64,000 nucleotides of DNA from Vicugna vicugna (Eukaryota), in the NCBI GenBank assembly GCA_013265495.1, contig MU061538.1, positions 1,056,001 through 1,120,000 on the forward strand, given 5' to 3'. Below, piece by piece: positions 38,802-50,109 of this stretch (position 1 is the first letter of the stretch; every line of letters starts with the position of its first letter). The notes under the pieces are model-generated. The model made no database searches. It was given only the letters and a program-made list of their open reading frames with translations, and was not told the DNA's origin. The translations under genes and the position numbers were made by a program.

Positions 38802-41800
38802 GTTAGTATATATTGCTTAATATAATCTCAATTAATGTTTTAGTTTTTTACTGTACTGTATTTGAAAAGTTTCCTTTTCTTAGTTTCCTTCATAATTTGC
38901 ATCTTCCTCCAGTAAACCATTTGAGTTCTTAATCTAATCACAAGACCAGATTTTACTAAGTATTCCTATTCTTGGTTTTAAAAGACTTCTACAAGAAAGT
39001 TTTTATATGTATTGTGATTTTGATAAATGCATTTTCATTTAAACATTTAGCATGAGAATTTTGGTTTATGTGAATATGTCAGAAGAATTCAACCTCCATT
39101 TAGGACCTGCAAAAAACCCCACCATAGTTTCTATTTTATTTATTTGCTGTTAGTTTCTTCAGTCATTTCAAAATGTATGATAGGAGGGGGAAACTAAAAT
39201 GAAGCACCATCTTTGAAGTTAATGTGGTTTAAAACAGTGATGACTTACTTATTTTGACAACGTGGTCTGTTGCTTTGAAGCAAAATGACCTGAATTCCAG
39301 TCTTGGCTCTGTCATTTTCTGGAATTTTTGGTGAGATAGGACATTTTAATTTTAATTTTAATTTTAATTTATAAGGTACATAAAAAGCTCTGATATACAA
39401 CTTTTTAATATGTTTTATTATCTTTTGCTTCTTTTTTTTTCATGTTGAATTATGTGATCTCCTTAAGTGTGAAACACCAGCTCTATCAGATTTTTGGAAA
39501 TGTATTTTTCTAGTTGTTATTTTACTTTTTAATTTTGCTTTTTTGATTACAGAATTTTTAAAAATCCGTGTTTTTTATTGAAGTGTAGTCGATTTACAAT
39601 GTCAGTTTGATGTTAATTACAGAATTTTGCATTTTTATGTTGTCCAGTCTTTTTCTTCCTTTGGTTTCTCTAATTGTTTTTGTGTTTAGAAGCTCTTTCC
39701 CTTCCTGAGATGGAACAAATATTCCTTTTTTTTCTCTTGTTGTTTAAAAAATGGTTTTATTTAGTTAAGTATTTAATCCATCTGGAGTTTCTACAGTTAA
39801 CTACCTTTTCTCTCACCCCATGTGTGTGTTTAAAGAAATGCATATTTGTTAGAGAAAATTTGGAATACAAGATTTGTAGTGAGGAAAATTAATGTTACCC
39901 ACAGTCCTACAACCCAGGGAGCTCCTATGGACACTGTGGCCTGCAGCCTTTCAGTGGTGTGTGTGCGTTTGTGAACATACCACCAGTTAAATAGTGAGGT
40001 GGGACCCTGGTATACTCACGGGTGATTTGTGTCTGCACTCAGCAGCATATAGTGGGGAGGTTTCCATGGCAGGAAGTATTTCTCTGTGCTATATAGAGCC
40101 ATTATAATCCTGAAGCATTTTCAGTTCTTTAATTAGCAAAGCTACCTTGCACATCTTTATAAATAAATATTCATCTTTAGGACAAATTTCTGCAGTTTAC
40201 TTTGCCAGTAAGCATACTTTATTTAAAGGCTTTGAAAAGATTATTTCCCAATTATTCCTCAGAAAAAACGTCTGAATTTTACTAGCAGTTTCATTTCATG
40301 TAGTATGTGAGTTTCTATTTCCAAAATGAATCTTCACCAATTTTGGGTGTTAGTTAAAAAAAACCTACCAATTCAATAGGTGAGAAATTTCCTTTTTAAA
40401 ATGTACATTTTTTAAATTATTCTTGAGGGTGGACATTTACAAAACATATTTATAGGTCATTTGTATTTGTCTTTTTAGTAAGTTGCCTTGTATTTCCTTT
40501 GCCCATTTTTGCAGTGTTTTTAAGTAATTAGCTCTTTATCAGGTTAATTGCAAACATATCCTTCCCAATGTCCTTTAATACTGCTTATTCTGTTTCTTGA
40601 CCTGAAGAATTTTAACATTTAGTCTGTCACATACTTTACACTGGGCTTGTGGTTTCTGTCACGCTTGAAACTGGAAACAAATGGAGTCATTTGATACTCT
40701 GAAGACCAAAGAATTTGGTAAAGTTAGGACTAATTATTAAATGAATAAAGAGAAATTATTCCTTTTTTGTTGCTTAGCAATTGAAAAACTCAAGCAAACT
40801 AAGGTCTTTACTTAAATTGACACAGAAAGTCAGTCATCTACTGAAAAATTATTATGAAAGGCCTGAGACAACCCGGAAAGTAAATGAGAGTTGTATTTAT
40901 CAGTGGTCAGTTGAAAAATACATTTATCAATCATTTTTCTGATGAATTATTTTTAGATGACAGTGCTGTTTGTTATTATCCAACACTTAGATGATACATA
41001 ATTTACAGGTGTTTTTTGCATGTGTTGTTTGAAGTGTTTGTCAGAGACTGTTTGGCGCTGTCCCCTCTGGCCCCAGCTTTCTGCAGGGGTGTCCTCCTGT
41101 GGTGCATATGTGTTTGCATTTGCACTGGAGTGCAGGTGGTCTCAGGCCAGGCTAACCGGTATTATAAGTGTACTGGCCTTTGTTTCCAGCTTTACTAAAT
41201 AGAAGTTTCATGATATCCTTAATGACCTTCAAATACTCTAAATCAGGGCTATTTCCTTTATTCTGTTTTTAGACTGTTTATAAGTAAGGGCTACCGATAT
41301 ATAACATACTGTGTATTTAATGCTAGATACTATGTATTCGTTTGTATTGTCGTTTTTCTTATTATAGTGTAAGGTGTATAAGCTCAGGTATGGTATTTTG
41401 TTACAATTCAGGGTCTAGGACAGTGCTTCCCGCATAGTGGTAGCCCAGTAAATGTGTTCAGTGAGTAGATAGACTATATGATAAATAATAGCTTTAACCT
41501 CCAGTGAATCTCATCAGCTGTAAGTTGGGGACCTGGAGGAAGAGCCTTCTAAATTATATCATCACTTTGAGATGTATTCTCAGAAATAGGTCTTAGGAAC
41601 CTAAGCTGTCAGCTCTGGAGATTGTTCTTGAGGGCTTTATGACCCCTGACTTTGTTTCTGCTTCTGATTTTTTGGTAGATCCGTATCCTTTGCTGCATGT
41701 GATGTATTTCATAGAGCTTCATGTTTATCTTTCTCTTCTGAGTTCATAGTTTGGTTTGAGTTTGCGGATGACGTCCCAGGGAATGTTCATTTCCTTGGAT

Positions 41801-41879
41801 GGTCTTGGGGCTGGAGATTCGTCAACCCTAGATACCTTGCTTCTTTGCTTTTAGAAGATGATAGCCGTTCATGGGACCA

Positions 41880-44080
41880 GCTGTCATAGAGGAGGCCCAG
41901 GAGAGCCCATGGTACAGTTCCAGCCTGAGTTTGAAGCCCTCGGTGGTGGCAGTAGACAGGTCCGCTTTAGTGACTGTGAGTCTGCGTTGTTGATCCTACA
42001 CGTAACCTCCATCCCTGCTGCCATTTTCTCATGAGCCCGTTGGGTGATTACAGGGGCCATGGGAGAGAGAGGATAAATTCATTTTATCCACTTTAATACT
42101 AAATCCTCCTCTCCTGAGGTTCCCCTTTAGTTAGCAGTCACATGGGATACAAATATCTTCACATTTTTTCCCATTGAGAGTAGTCTGTCTGCACACCTTG
42201 TCTCCAAATGTCCTTGTTAACCAGTTTTCCAGTCATGTTTCTTCCAAGTCCCTGACCACCCAGCCAAACCATTGGTCACAGCTGGTGAGTGTATAACCGC
42301 ATGTCTGGCCACTTTCCCTTCCAAGCAGAGTGATCTGTCAGGTGCACTGGGAGGATTTCGCTTCAGTGTCCTTTGGAGATGTTGCAGGGAGGGGCCGTGG
42401 CGCTGCAGCTGTCCACCTGGGGGCGGTGTCTGCCCATCGAGCAGATCCATCTGTGACCCAGGTGGTGTCTCCTGTCCCTCCACCAGATGGTCAGAACTCC
42501 CCTGGACGCCGCAGGTGCAGGCAGAGGAGAGAAGGCAGAGTGGCAGCAGGGCCATGGGCGTCTCAGCCACTTCATGAGGCTCACTTGTGCTGCCAGCACC
42601 TGCTCCGGCCTGGTCGCGTGTGCACCACTTCCGCCTGATGCTGGAGGGTCGCTGTGCATGCCCACTGTCATGGCTTGGTGGGTCAGGTCAACATAACACC
42701 TAGTTCATGATGGACAGCTCGGGTCGCATGGTAACTTGGTGGTCAAGTATTCAGTCTCCACTAAGGCCTGACAGCAAACCAGTGGCTGTTTCTCAGAAGG
42801 AAGGCAGTTACCTGCAGAGGATGGCAGGGTTTTGCGCCGAAATCCCAAGGGCCTGGGCTGTGACTCACCTGTGGGGCTGCCGATGGCTCCAGACAGCACC
42901 CCTGTCCACTGCTGGCACTTCAGGCCCTTTGCACCTGCTGCTGGGTCATTGGGCTGAGGTCAGAGCAGCCTGGACCTGGTGCCGAGCCTTCTCTCGTCTG
43001 GGCCCCACTCAAAACCAGCAGCTTTTTGGGTCACTCAGGGAATAGACCAGAGTAACACCTCAGGTGAGGAATACGTTACCTCAAGGTCCAGAGAAGCCAC
43101 TAAGTACTGGGCCTTTCTTTTGCTTGTAGGAGAGACCAGATGCAGTAGTCCTTAGAAGGGTATCTTGGCTTGGCCCACCCCACTGGACCCCTAGAAATTT
43201 CCCTGAAGTAGAAGACTCCTGGACTTTTGTTGGATTTATTTTCCACCCTGCCATGAAAATGTCTTAGCGATAAGTCTAGAGCAGTTGCTACTTCTTACTC
43301 ACCGGGTCTGGTTAGCATAATGCCGTCAACGCAGGGGAATGCCACGCGGTCTCCTGGAAGGGAATGGTGGTCCAGATCCCTGCAGAGAAAACCGTGCCAT
43401 AGGTCGGGAGGGGTGGTGTGCCCTGAGCTAGGACAGTGAAGGTGTATTGTTTGCTTTGCCAGCTGAAAGCAGACTGCTTCTGGTGGGCCTTGTGGACAGG
43501 GAGGGAGAAGAGCATTTGTCACATCAGTAGCCGCACACCAGGTACCAGGAGGTGTGTTACTTTACCCAGGTGGTGAAACCATACCTGCTGCGGCAGCTGC
43601 AGTTAGAGCCACCATCTGGTTAGGCTTACAGCGGCCACTGTCGTTCTCCAAGACCCGTCTTTCTTGGGGATGTGGGAGTCACCACCCCCTCCTCTTTCCA
43701 GTGCTTGGCTGCGCTAATCCCCGCACTACCTTCAGGAATGTGGGGCTGCTTTTTGTTTCCTGTTGTTCCTAGTGAGAGGCCGTTCCAGTGGCTTCTGCTT
43801 GGCCTTTCTCACTGGAATAGCCCTTAATCCACAGGTCAGGGCGCCAGTGTGGGGATTCTGCCTGCTTTTGAGGCTGTACATCCCAATTATGCGTTCTGGA
43901 CCTGGGGAAATAACCAGAGAACAGGTTCAGGGACTGCCCCATGAGACGTGTGGGACTGGAGCTGAAACTCTCCCGGCCACCTGACCTCCACAAGCCCCTG
44001 CTCTGTCATGTGGACCTCAGTGATGTTTTGGGTCTCCTGGAATTAGTGTTAGTTAGGAGCCAGTATTTAACAGTCCCTGC
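41880..44080 (-). mobile_element. ERVL-class endogenous retrovirus internal (pol) relic
   Basis: Minus-strand fragments RDLDHHSLPGDRVAFPCVDGIML (decayed RT YIDD motif), SEKQPLVCCQALVETEYLT and AVTNGLAGWSGTWKKHDWKTG (ERVL RNase H region). Frameshifted. Confidence 0.85.
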
Positions 44081-44556
44081 AAAGTCTGATCATTTCTTTT
44101 ATCCTAGTGCAGTTATAACTTCCTTTTTCGTTTGTTAACCATTTACCATCTTGTGACATTTATGGGATTTTCTGGAATTATTGTCATTTTTTTGTTAAAT
44201 GTTTTGTGAATTGATGCTAAATTCTTTGAGGACTCAGAACTTGTCTCAGATTCTCGTAATCTCCCCAGAGTGCCTGTCCCACTTCCTGCACACTGAAGAT
44301 GCTCATTAAAGATTCACTGTCTGGATGAATAGAAGTTATTAATTGTTTCGTTAGAAATACTTTGGTAAAAATGGACTTAATTTGAATAGAAATTTAATGG
44401 CTTATCCTAAAAAATTGTCAATATGGAATGATTGTGCCTTTAATGTGTAAGTCGCATGAGGATTAGAGGCTAAAATATGTGTTGACAATGCTTTGGGATG
44501 TGTAAACATATTTAGTTTGGCTTAAATACAGTGTTTGGATTTTGGACTTGTGTCTG

Positions 44557-44906
44557 TTTTTTTTTTAACTTTTTGATACTGAAGTATAGTCAGTTTACAA
44601 TGTGTCAATGTCTGGTGTACAGCATAATGTTTCAGTCATACATATACATAAATATATTTGTTTTTATATTTTTTAAATTATAGGTAACTACAGGATACTG
44701 AATATAGTTCCCTGTGCTATACAGTATAAACTTGTTGTTCATTGGTTTTGTGAGGATTCTCCTTGTACTTCCGATGTAAGAGATGTTCTGCCAAAGTGCA
44801 GTAGGTATTCTGTGTGACTTGTTAGGCGTGTAGATGTGTTTCTGTTGTATTCATGGGAGAGGGTGAACGCTGCTTCCTGCTACTCTGCCATCTTGGCGGT
44901 GCCCCC
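44557..44906 (-). mobile_element. Short L1-derived element: L1 5' terminus fused to L1 3' terminus plus poly-A
   Basis: Minus strand starts GGGGGCACCGCCAAGATGGCAGAGTAG (L1 5' YY1-type start) and switches at ~44740 to the L1 3' end AACAACAAGTTTATACTGTATAGCACAGGGAAC. Flanked by a 12/14 TSD at 44543-44556 and 44907-44920. Confidence 0.75.
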
Positions 44907-46694
44907 TGGACGTGTGTGTGAAATGTTGTGTGTTACCTGTGTTACCTTGGAATGCCACTTCACTTCTCTGGGCCAGAATTTAGTGACATAAATAAACAAA
45001 ATACTGAACTTAGTTCTAAATCTCTGTATCTTATAGCAAGATGTGTCTCTGTCAACAACGAGAAGATGAGTAAAACATTTTCTTGAAAAATGTGATATAC
45101 AGAAATGATATGGGAGCCCGAGTGAGGCAGGGTGGTAATCCTCTGGTCACTGACAGTTTTAGCCGGGGGTCTTTGTCACTTGTCAGCTGGCTGCCGTGAG
45201 AAGCGTACCATCATCCGCTTGGTGTGGGCCACAACCTGCCAGCAGTTAGTTTACTATAGGATGGTACAAACTAAAATGATAGCTAACACTTGTATTGTGG
45301 TTATTTTTATTATTATAATAAAATAGGAAAAGGGTAAAAAATGCACAGAAGAAAGAAAATATTTCATTCACTCTAGGTATCTTGTATACTCTTAAAAATT
45401 AGTAGAAAAATACGAAACTCTTCAGTTCCATAAATTAAAAAACAGTGACTCAGCTGCTTTAATGGATTGTCCTTTCTCAGTGGTGAGTATGTTCTGGAAC
45501 TAGATAAAGGTGGAGTTAAGGTATAGCCTTAAATAAAATGAGGAAATAATTCTTCATTTTTTGAGGTATTTTCTCTCAGCGAGGCCCACTTTTTGCGAAG
45601 CTGTCCATACTCACTTATGACCAGACAGAGGCACACATTTATAAAATGACTGCTCACCTTGAGATTCAGCCTGTTAAAAGACAAGCACGGTGAAGCTGAC
45701 TCAGCTTTACAAGGTGTGTGTGCTTTATTTTGGTTTGTCAACAAGAATGGCCAGTATGCTGTTTTGGACGTCATGAAGAAACAATACAGAATCCATCTTT
45801 GTTTCGTTTTCAAGTCCCACAGAAGGTCAAAAAATTCACTTTTAGACTGTAAGCAATCAAGCTTTAAAAAAGCAAAGCAAGTGTTATATTTACTTATTTA
45901 TAAAAATTAAATCAGAAGTCAGTCCTTACTGATTTTAAGGTATCATTGTTAGTTAAATTAACAATTTCTAGTTAATTGGTCTCAATAGTTCAGTCATTTA
46001 TTATAATGTACATCACTATAGTTACTGGCTACTTATTGAGGTATTGTTTATACCAGTAAAAATAAAAAACAATCTTAGTAGGAAATTTACTTAGTTAAAT
46101 TTCAGTAGATCCAAACAGTGGAGTGCTTTTTGGCCCCTACAGATGATGTTGTAGATGAGTATTTGTTGATAAAGAAAGATACTGAAAAAAATATTTTTCT
46201 CTGGGTGGTAGGATTTTATGATATAGAAAAATTTATATTTATAAAATTTTAAAAATATTTGCATTGTATAATATTTCCACAGTAGATATGTATTGCTTTT
46301 TGTTATAAGAAAAAGTTATACATTAAGGTAAAAAGTTCCACAGCTTATTGCTAAAATTGTTCTTTTTGTTCTGTTTTCCTTCTGAATGCATAAGCAAAAG
46401 CTATTTTAGTTCTGAGGTTCTCACAACACTATTCAAAAGCCAACTGGTAGTCTTTCCTTTAAAGCTCACGCTTTCTTTGTAGAATTTTTAAATTGTATGT
46501 CACTCTTTGACAATTCAATTAGTTCCTCGGTTCCAGTAAAATATTGGTCTTAACTTAGTTTTGTCATTTTGGAAATTATTAAATATGGCTGAACTTGGAT
46601 TAATCTTCTTATTTACATTCATGAAGTTTTTTGTCTATGAGGTAAAAGGATAGATTGTTTCATAGTATTGTATACTGTCTTGAAATATTTTGTG

Positions 46695-46713
46695 ACTCCA
46701 GCAGATGGAGCTA
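46695..46713 (+). promoter_or_regulatory. Candidate CTCF site, intron 4
   Basis: ACTCCAGCAGATGGAGCTA is one mismatch from CCAGCAGATGGCGCTA. It sits in otherwise very AT-rich unique sequence. Confidence 0.6.
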
Positions 46714-47654
46714 GAAGTTAATGCTTCCTATAGTGATTTGGCAGTTCAGTTTGGTTGGGTTTTAAACTAAGTATTCTGGGATTATTAAATAATCTTTATT
46801 TACGTTTAGATACCTCTTTTGGGGATAGGCATTGAATATATTTCCAAAAAGGTTGTCACTGATACTGATTTTGATAAATTATAAGGTTTCTGAAGTTTTA
46901 GGTTTCTACTGCTGCATCAGAACATAGAATTTTAGCTTTCTGAAGTAGAGAAATTTAGCTCAGATTTCTTTTTGGTTTACAAATTAATATGTGATAATAT
47001 GTAGTACAGTAAAGGTGGTGGTAGTATGTTATGTGTATTAGCTCTAATTTTTAATTTAAGAATGTTTTATCAAAATTACAGAATATTCTTAAGGGGTATT
47101 TATGGGTGTACGTCTGATGTGTGTTTATAAAATGCTGGAGACTTACTGAGTTTCACACAGTTGCCAAAAATAGAATGACAACTTAGGATTATATAGTAGC
47201 TATGTTATTTTTCTATATATTAACTGTTCTTCTCATAATAACTTTAACTTTCTCACATGTTGCAAATTTAATAATTAAATTAACCTAAGCTGAGTCTGAA
47301 GCTTTCACATTTATTCTGGTTAATAATCTAATTTTTTGCATTTAATTATTTAGACTTTGAACAAAAGCTGGCTATTTACATAGATGACTATACTGCTAGG
47401 TAGCATATTATCATCAACTCTCAAATTCCTTGTGTTAAGTGAATTTTTCTGGCAAATATAAGTACGGTGGAAGTTACATCTCTTTCTGCAATTGTGGTTG
47501 TTAAAACCATCAGCGGTAATGTTGAATCTCCTGGAAAAGGGGGAGTGGGGGGAAATAAAAATTGTTTTAAATTATATATATTATGTGTAAAGTTCAGTAC
47601 ACAAAAGAAGTTATCTAACCTCACTACAAAACTAAATGAGTTGCTTAGTATCTT

Positions 47655-47673
47655 TGTTCAGCAGATGTTGCTG
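47655..47673 (+). promoter_or_regulatory. Weaker candidate CTCF site, intron 4
   Basis: TGTTCAGCAGATGTTGCTG is a degenerate match to CCAGCAGATGGCGCTG, in the same orientation as the other two sites. Confidence 0.4.
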
Positions 47674-49219
47674 CTTGTCAGTATCTGTTGATACAGATTT
47701 CTTTCTTTAGCCTTTTTCATAACTATCTTCATTTTAAGTGTAATGGTTAGTCAGAATAGGTTCTTTTACTGATTAGTGATCTTTTTGCCTAAGGCAGACT
47801 TTCATTTTTCAACTTTTGACTTCCAGAGAAGAATTTGAATTTGTATTTTTCACTGCATGAAAGGGAAACATGATCAGAAAGAGAAATTCTGGAAGTTCGT
47901 ATATTTAGAGATCAGCAGCAGTAATAAAGTCTCCTTTCTGCTCTGGGTGATAGCTGATCATTTTAAATTATAAAAACTAAGTAAAAATGTCCTCCATTAT
48001 TAAAGTATCGTGGACTCTGAGCTTTCAGGGGTTTTTGTTAGTGGTTGCAGCTCTCTGAGGGCAGTCTTGGAGCCCCTGCTACACGGTAACTTGTTTTGCT
48101 GAGGCTGGGATTGGAATCGAGCTTCGTGAGGCTGGCGGGTAGACAGGCCGCGCTGCGGCTGCCGAGGGCCCAGCCTACGGCTCCGTCTCAGGTCAGCTTC
48201 GTGTTCTCCGTGCTTCTTGTGCACTTTGTGGGGAAGTTACAGGCTGTCGGGGTGTGAAGGGCTTTGGGTTTCACAGAAGCATTTAAGTGTATGTTTCATG
48301 ATGCGTAAGGGCCTTTACGTGCTCCTTATAGAGAACTTAGACTGTGCAGCCGTGGGGAGGAAAACAACCACCCACCATTCTGCTGCACTCACTTGTCAGC
48401 ACTTTGGTGTATTTCTTTGCAATTTATTTTCTGTGCCTATTTTTGTCATTGTTGTTTTCACAGATTTTTAAATATCATATAAGTATATAGAGTGTTGTGT
48501 AAGCTTGTTTTGGTGTAATTAGTGCGAATCATTCTCTAAGGAAAGGGTTGAGAGCTAATTTTAGCTGTAATTCATAGCACTTCCTTGTCTTTATCTGGTC
48601 TAGTTGATGTACGTTAGAGTTTTTCAGGTTTTTGGACCATTTGCATTATGTTGAGACAGGGCAGGGAGAGGCACTGACATTGGTTTACCATTTTGGTATG
48701 TAATTTCTCTTATGTTCTTCATGAGAGCTCTGTAAGGTCTATTACAGCCCATTTTATACACGAGAAAATAGGACAGTGCAGTTGAAGTCCCTTTTCTGGG
48801 TCACCTGTAGCTGACAGACGCAAACCCAGGCTGGTCCGACATGAGGTACCGCTCACTTGGGCACCCACTGCCTGGACTGAGGAAGTCTTTAAAATTATGA
48901 AGAGTGTGGATACTGTGTTGTGCACTAAGTACAAGAAATGCATGCAATATTTTATTGAAGTTGGATTTGTTAAGACCCTTCTGTATTCGAAAGATGTTTT
49001 GGTGTCTTAAGACTTGTGTGTACATAAATATAAACAAATGTGTAAGTGTTAGTTCTGTTGTAGTGTCTCCAAACTGGTCATAAGCTCAATTAAGCATTTT
49101 GTTTTACAGAGATGGATAGACTTTCTAGGCTGTCATATTCTCAGTTTAAACATTTCCTTTAGGAAAATCTTATTAAAGTGACACTCTTTTTGCCAACCAG
49201 ACAAAAAAAAAAGGCCCTC

Positions 49220-50105
49220 AGCTTAGGGTCTCACTGGCTGAAATTAAGGTTTTCACAGAGTTGTATTCCTTATTGGAGGCTCTGTGGGAAGAATTTGCTT
49301 CAAAGTTCATTCGGGTTTTTGGCTGAATCTGGTTCTCTGTGCTTGTAGGACTGAGGCCCTCATTTCCTTGCTAGCTGTTATCCAGGTGCCATCTTTGCCC
49401 CAGAGGCTGCCTCTCTCTTTTCTTTTTCCATGTGACCCCATCCAGCAAAGTTGTGTCAACTTCCTCCCTGACTTACTCTTCTGCTGCTTCTCTGACTGAG
49501 AGAGAATTCTCTGCGTTTAAAGGCTCATTTGGTTCAGTTGTGCCCACCTGGCTAATCCAAGATGGTCTCCCTGCGTTGCTTTATTAAAGTCCTTAGCCTT
49601 CATTATATCTGCAACATCCTTTTTTGCCGTGTGTATTTGGTGAATAGTGTTTTCCCCAAATTTGTGTCCCCCTAGAATGTCAGGACATGACCTTATTTGG
49701 AAATGATGTCTTTGCAGATGTCGTTAGTGAAATAAGATTGTAATAGATTAGGGTGAGCCTAATCCAGTAGCTCCTCCTTGTACGGAGGCAGAGCTGAGCT
49801 GGACACAGTGGGGAGAAGGCCATGTGAAGACCAAGGCAGAGGTGGGAGTGTTGCGCCTGCAAGCCCAGGAGAGCCCGACACCACAGGCAGCCGGCAGAGC
49901 GGTGTGGAGGGGCTCTTCCCCAGAACCTCCAGCAGGGCAGTGCTGCTGCTGGCCTTTGCTTTCGGACTTCGAGCCTCCACAGCTGTGAGACAGGAGGTTT
50001 CTGTCTGTGGTGCTTTGTTGGGGCAGCCCTAGAACACTCACTGATGTGCTGTGGGACGATTCCAGGGGTTAAAGTGTGGGTGTCTTTGGGGCTCACTCTC
50101 CCTAC
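49220..50105. mobile_element. Nested MaLR LTRs: a + strand MLT1 (~49632-50040) inside a - strand MLT1
   Basis: The outer copy resumes after the inner one (ttccaggggttaaagtgtgggtgtctttgggg). The inner copy has gaccttatttggaaatgatgtctttgcagatgt...gcagccctagaacact. Confidence 0.65.
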
Positions 50106-50109
50106 CTTG

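Noticed and set aside
42410..42495. CTCF-like motifs TGTCCACCTGGGGGCGGTG and CCACCAGATGGTC inside the ERVL relic
   Set aside because: Each mismatches a key core position and lies in GC-rich repeat sequence. Not supportable without ChIP data.
41880..44080. Possible domesticated retroviral pol gene
   Set aside because: The motifs are scattered across frames with stops, and the catalytic YIDD has decayed to CVDG.
45655..45690. Minus-strand ttttaacag|GCTGAATCTCAAG|gtgag resembling a 13-nt antisense micro-exon
   Set aside because: No partner exons or promoter seen, and such matches arise by chance in 64 kb.
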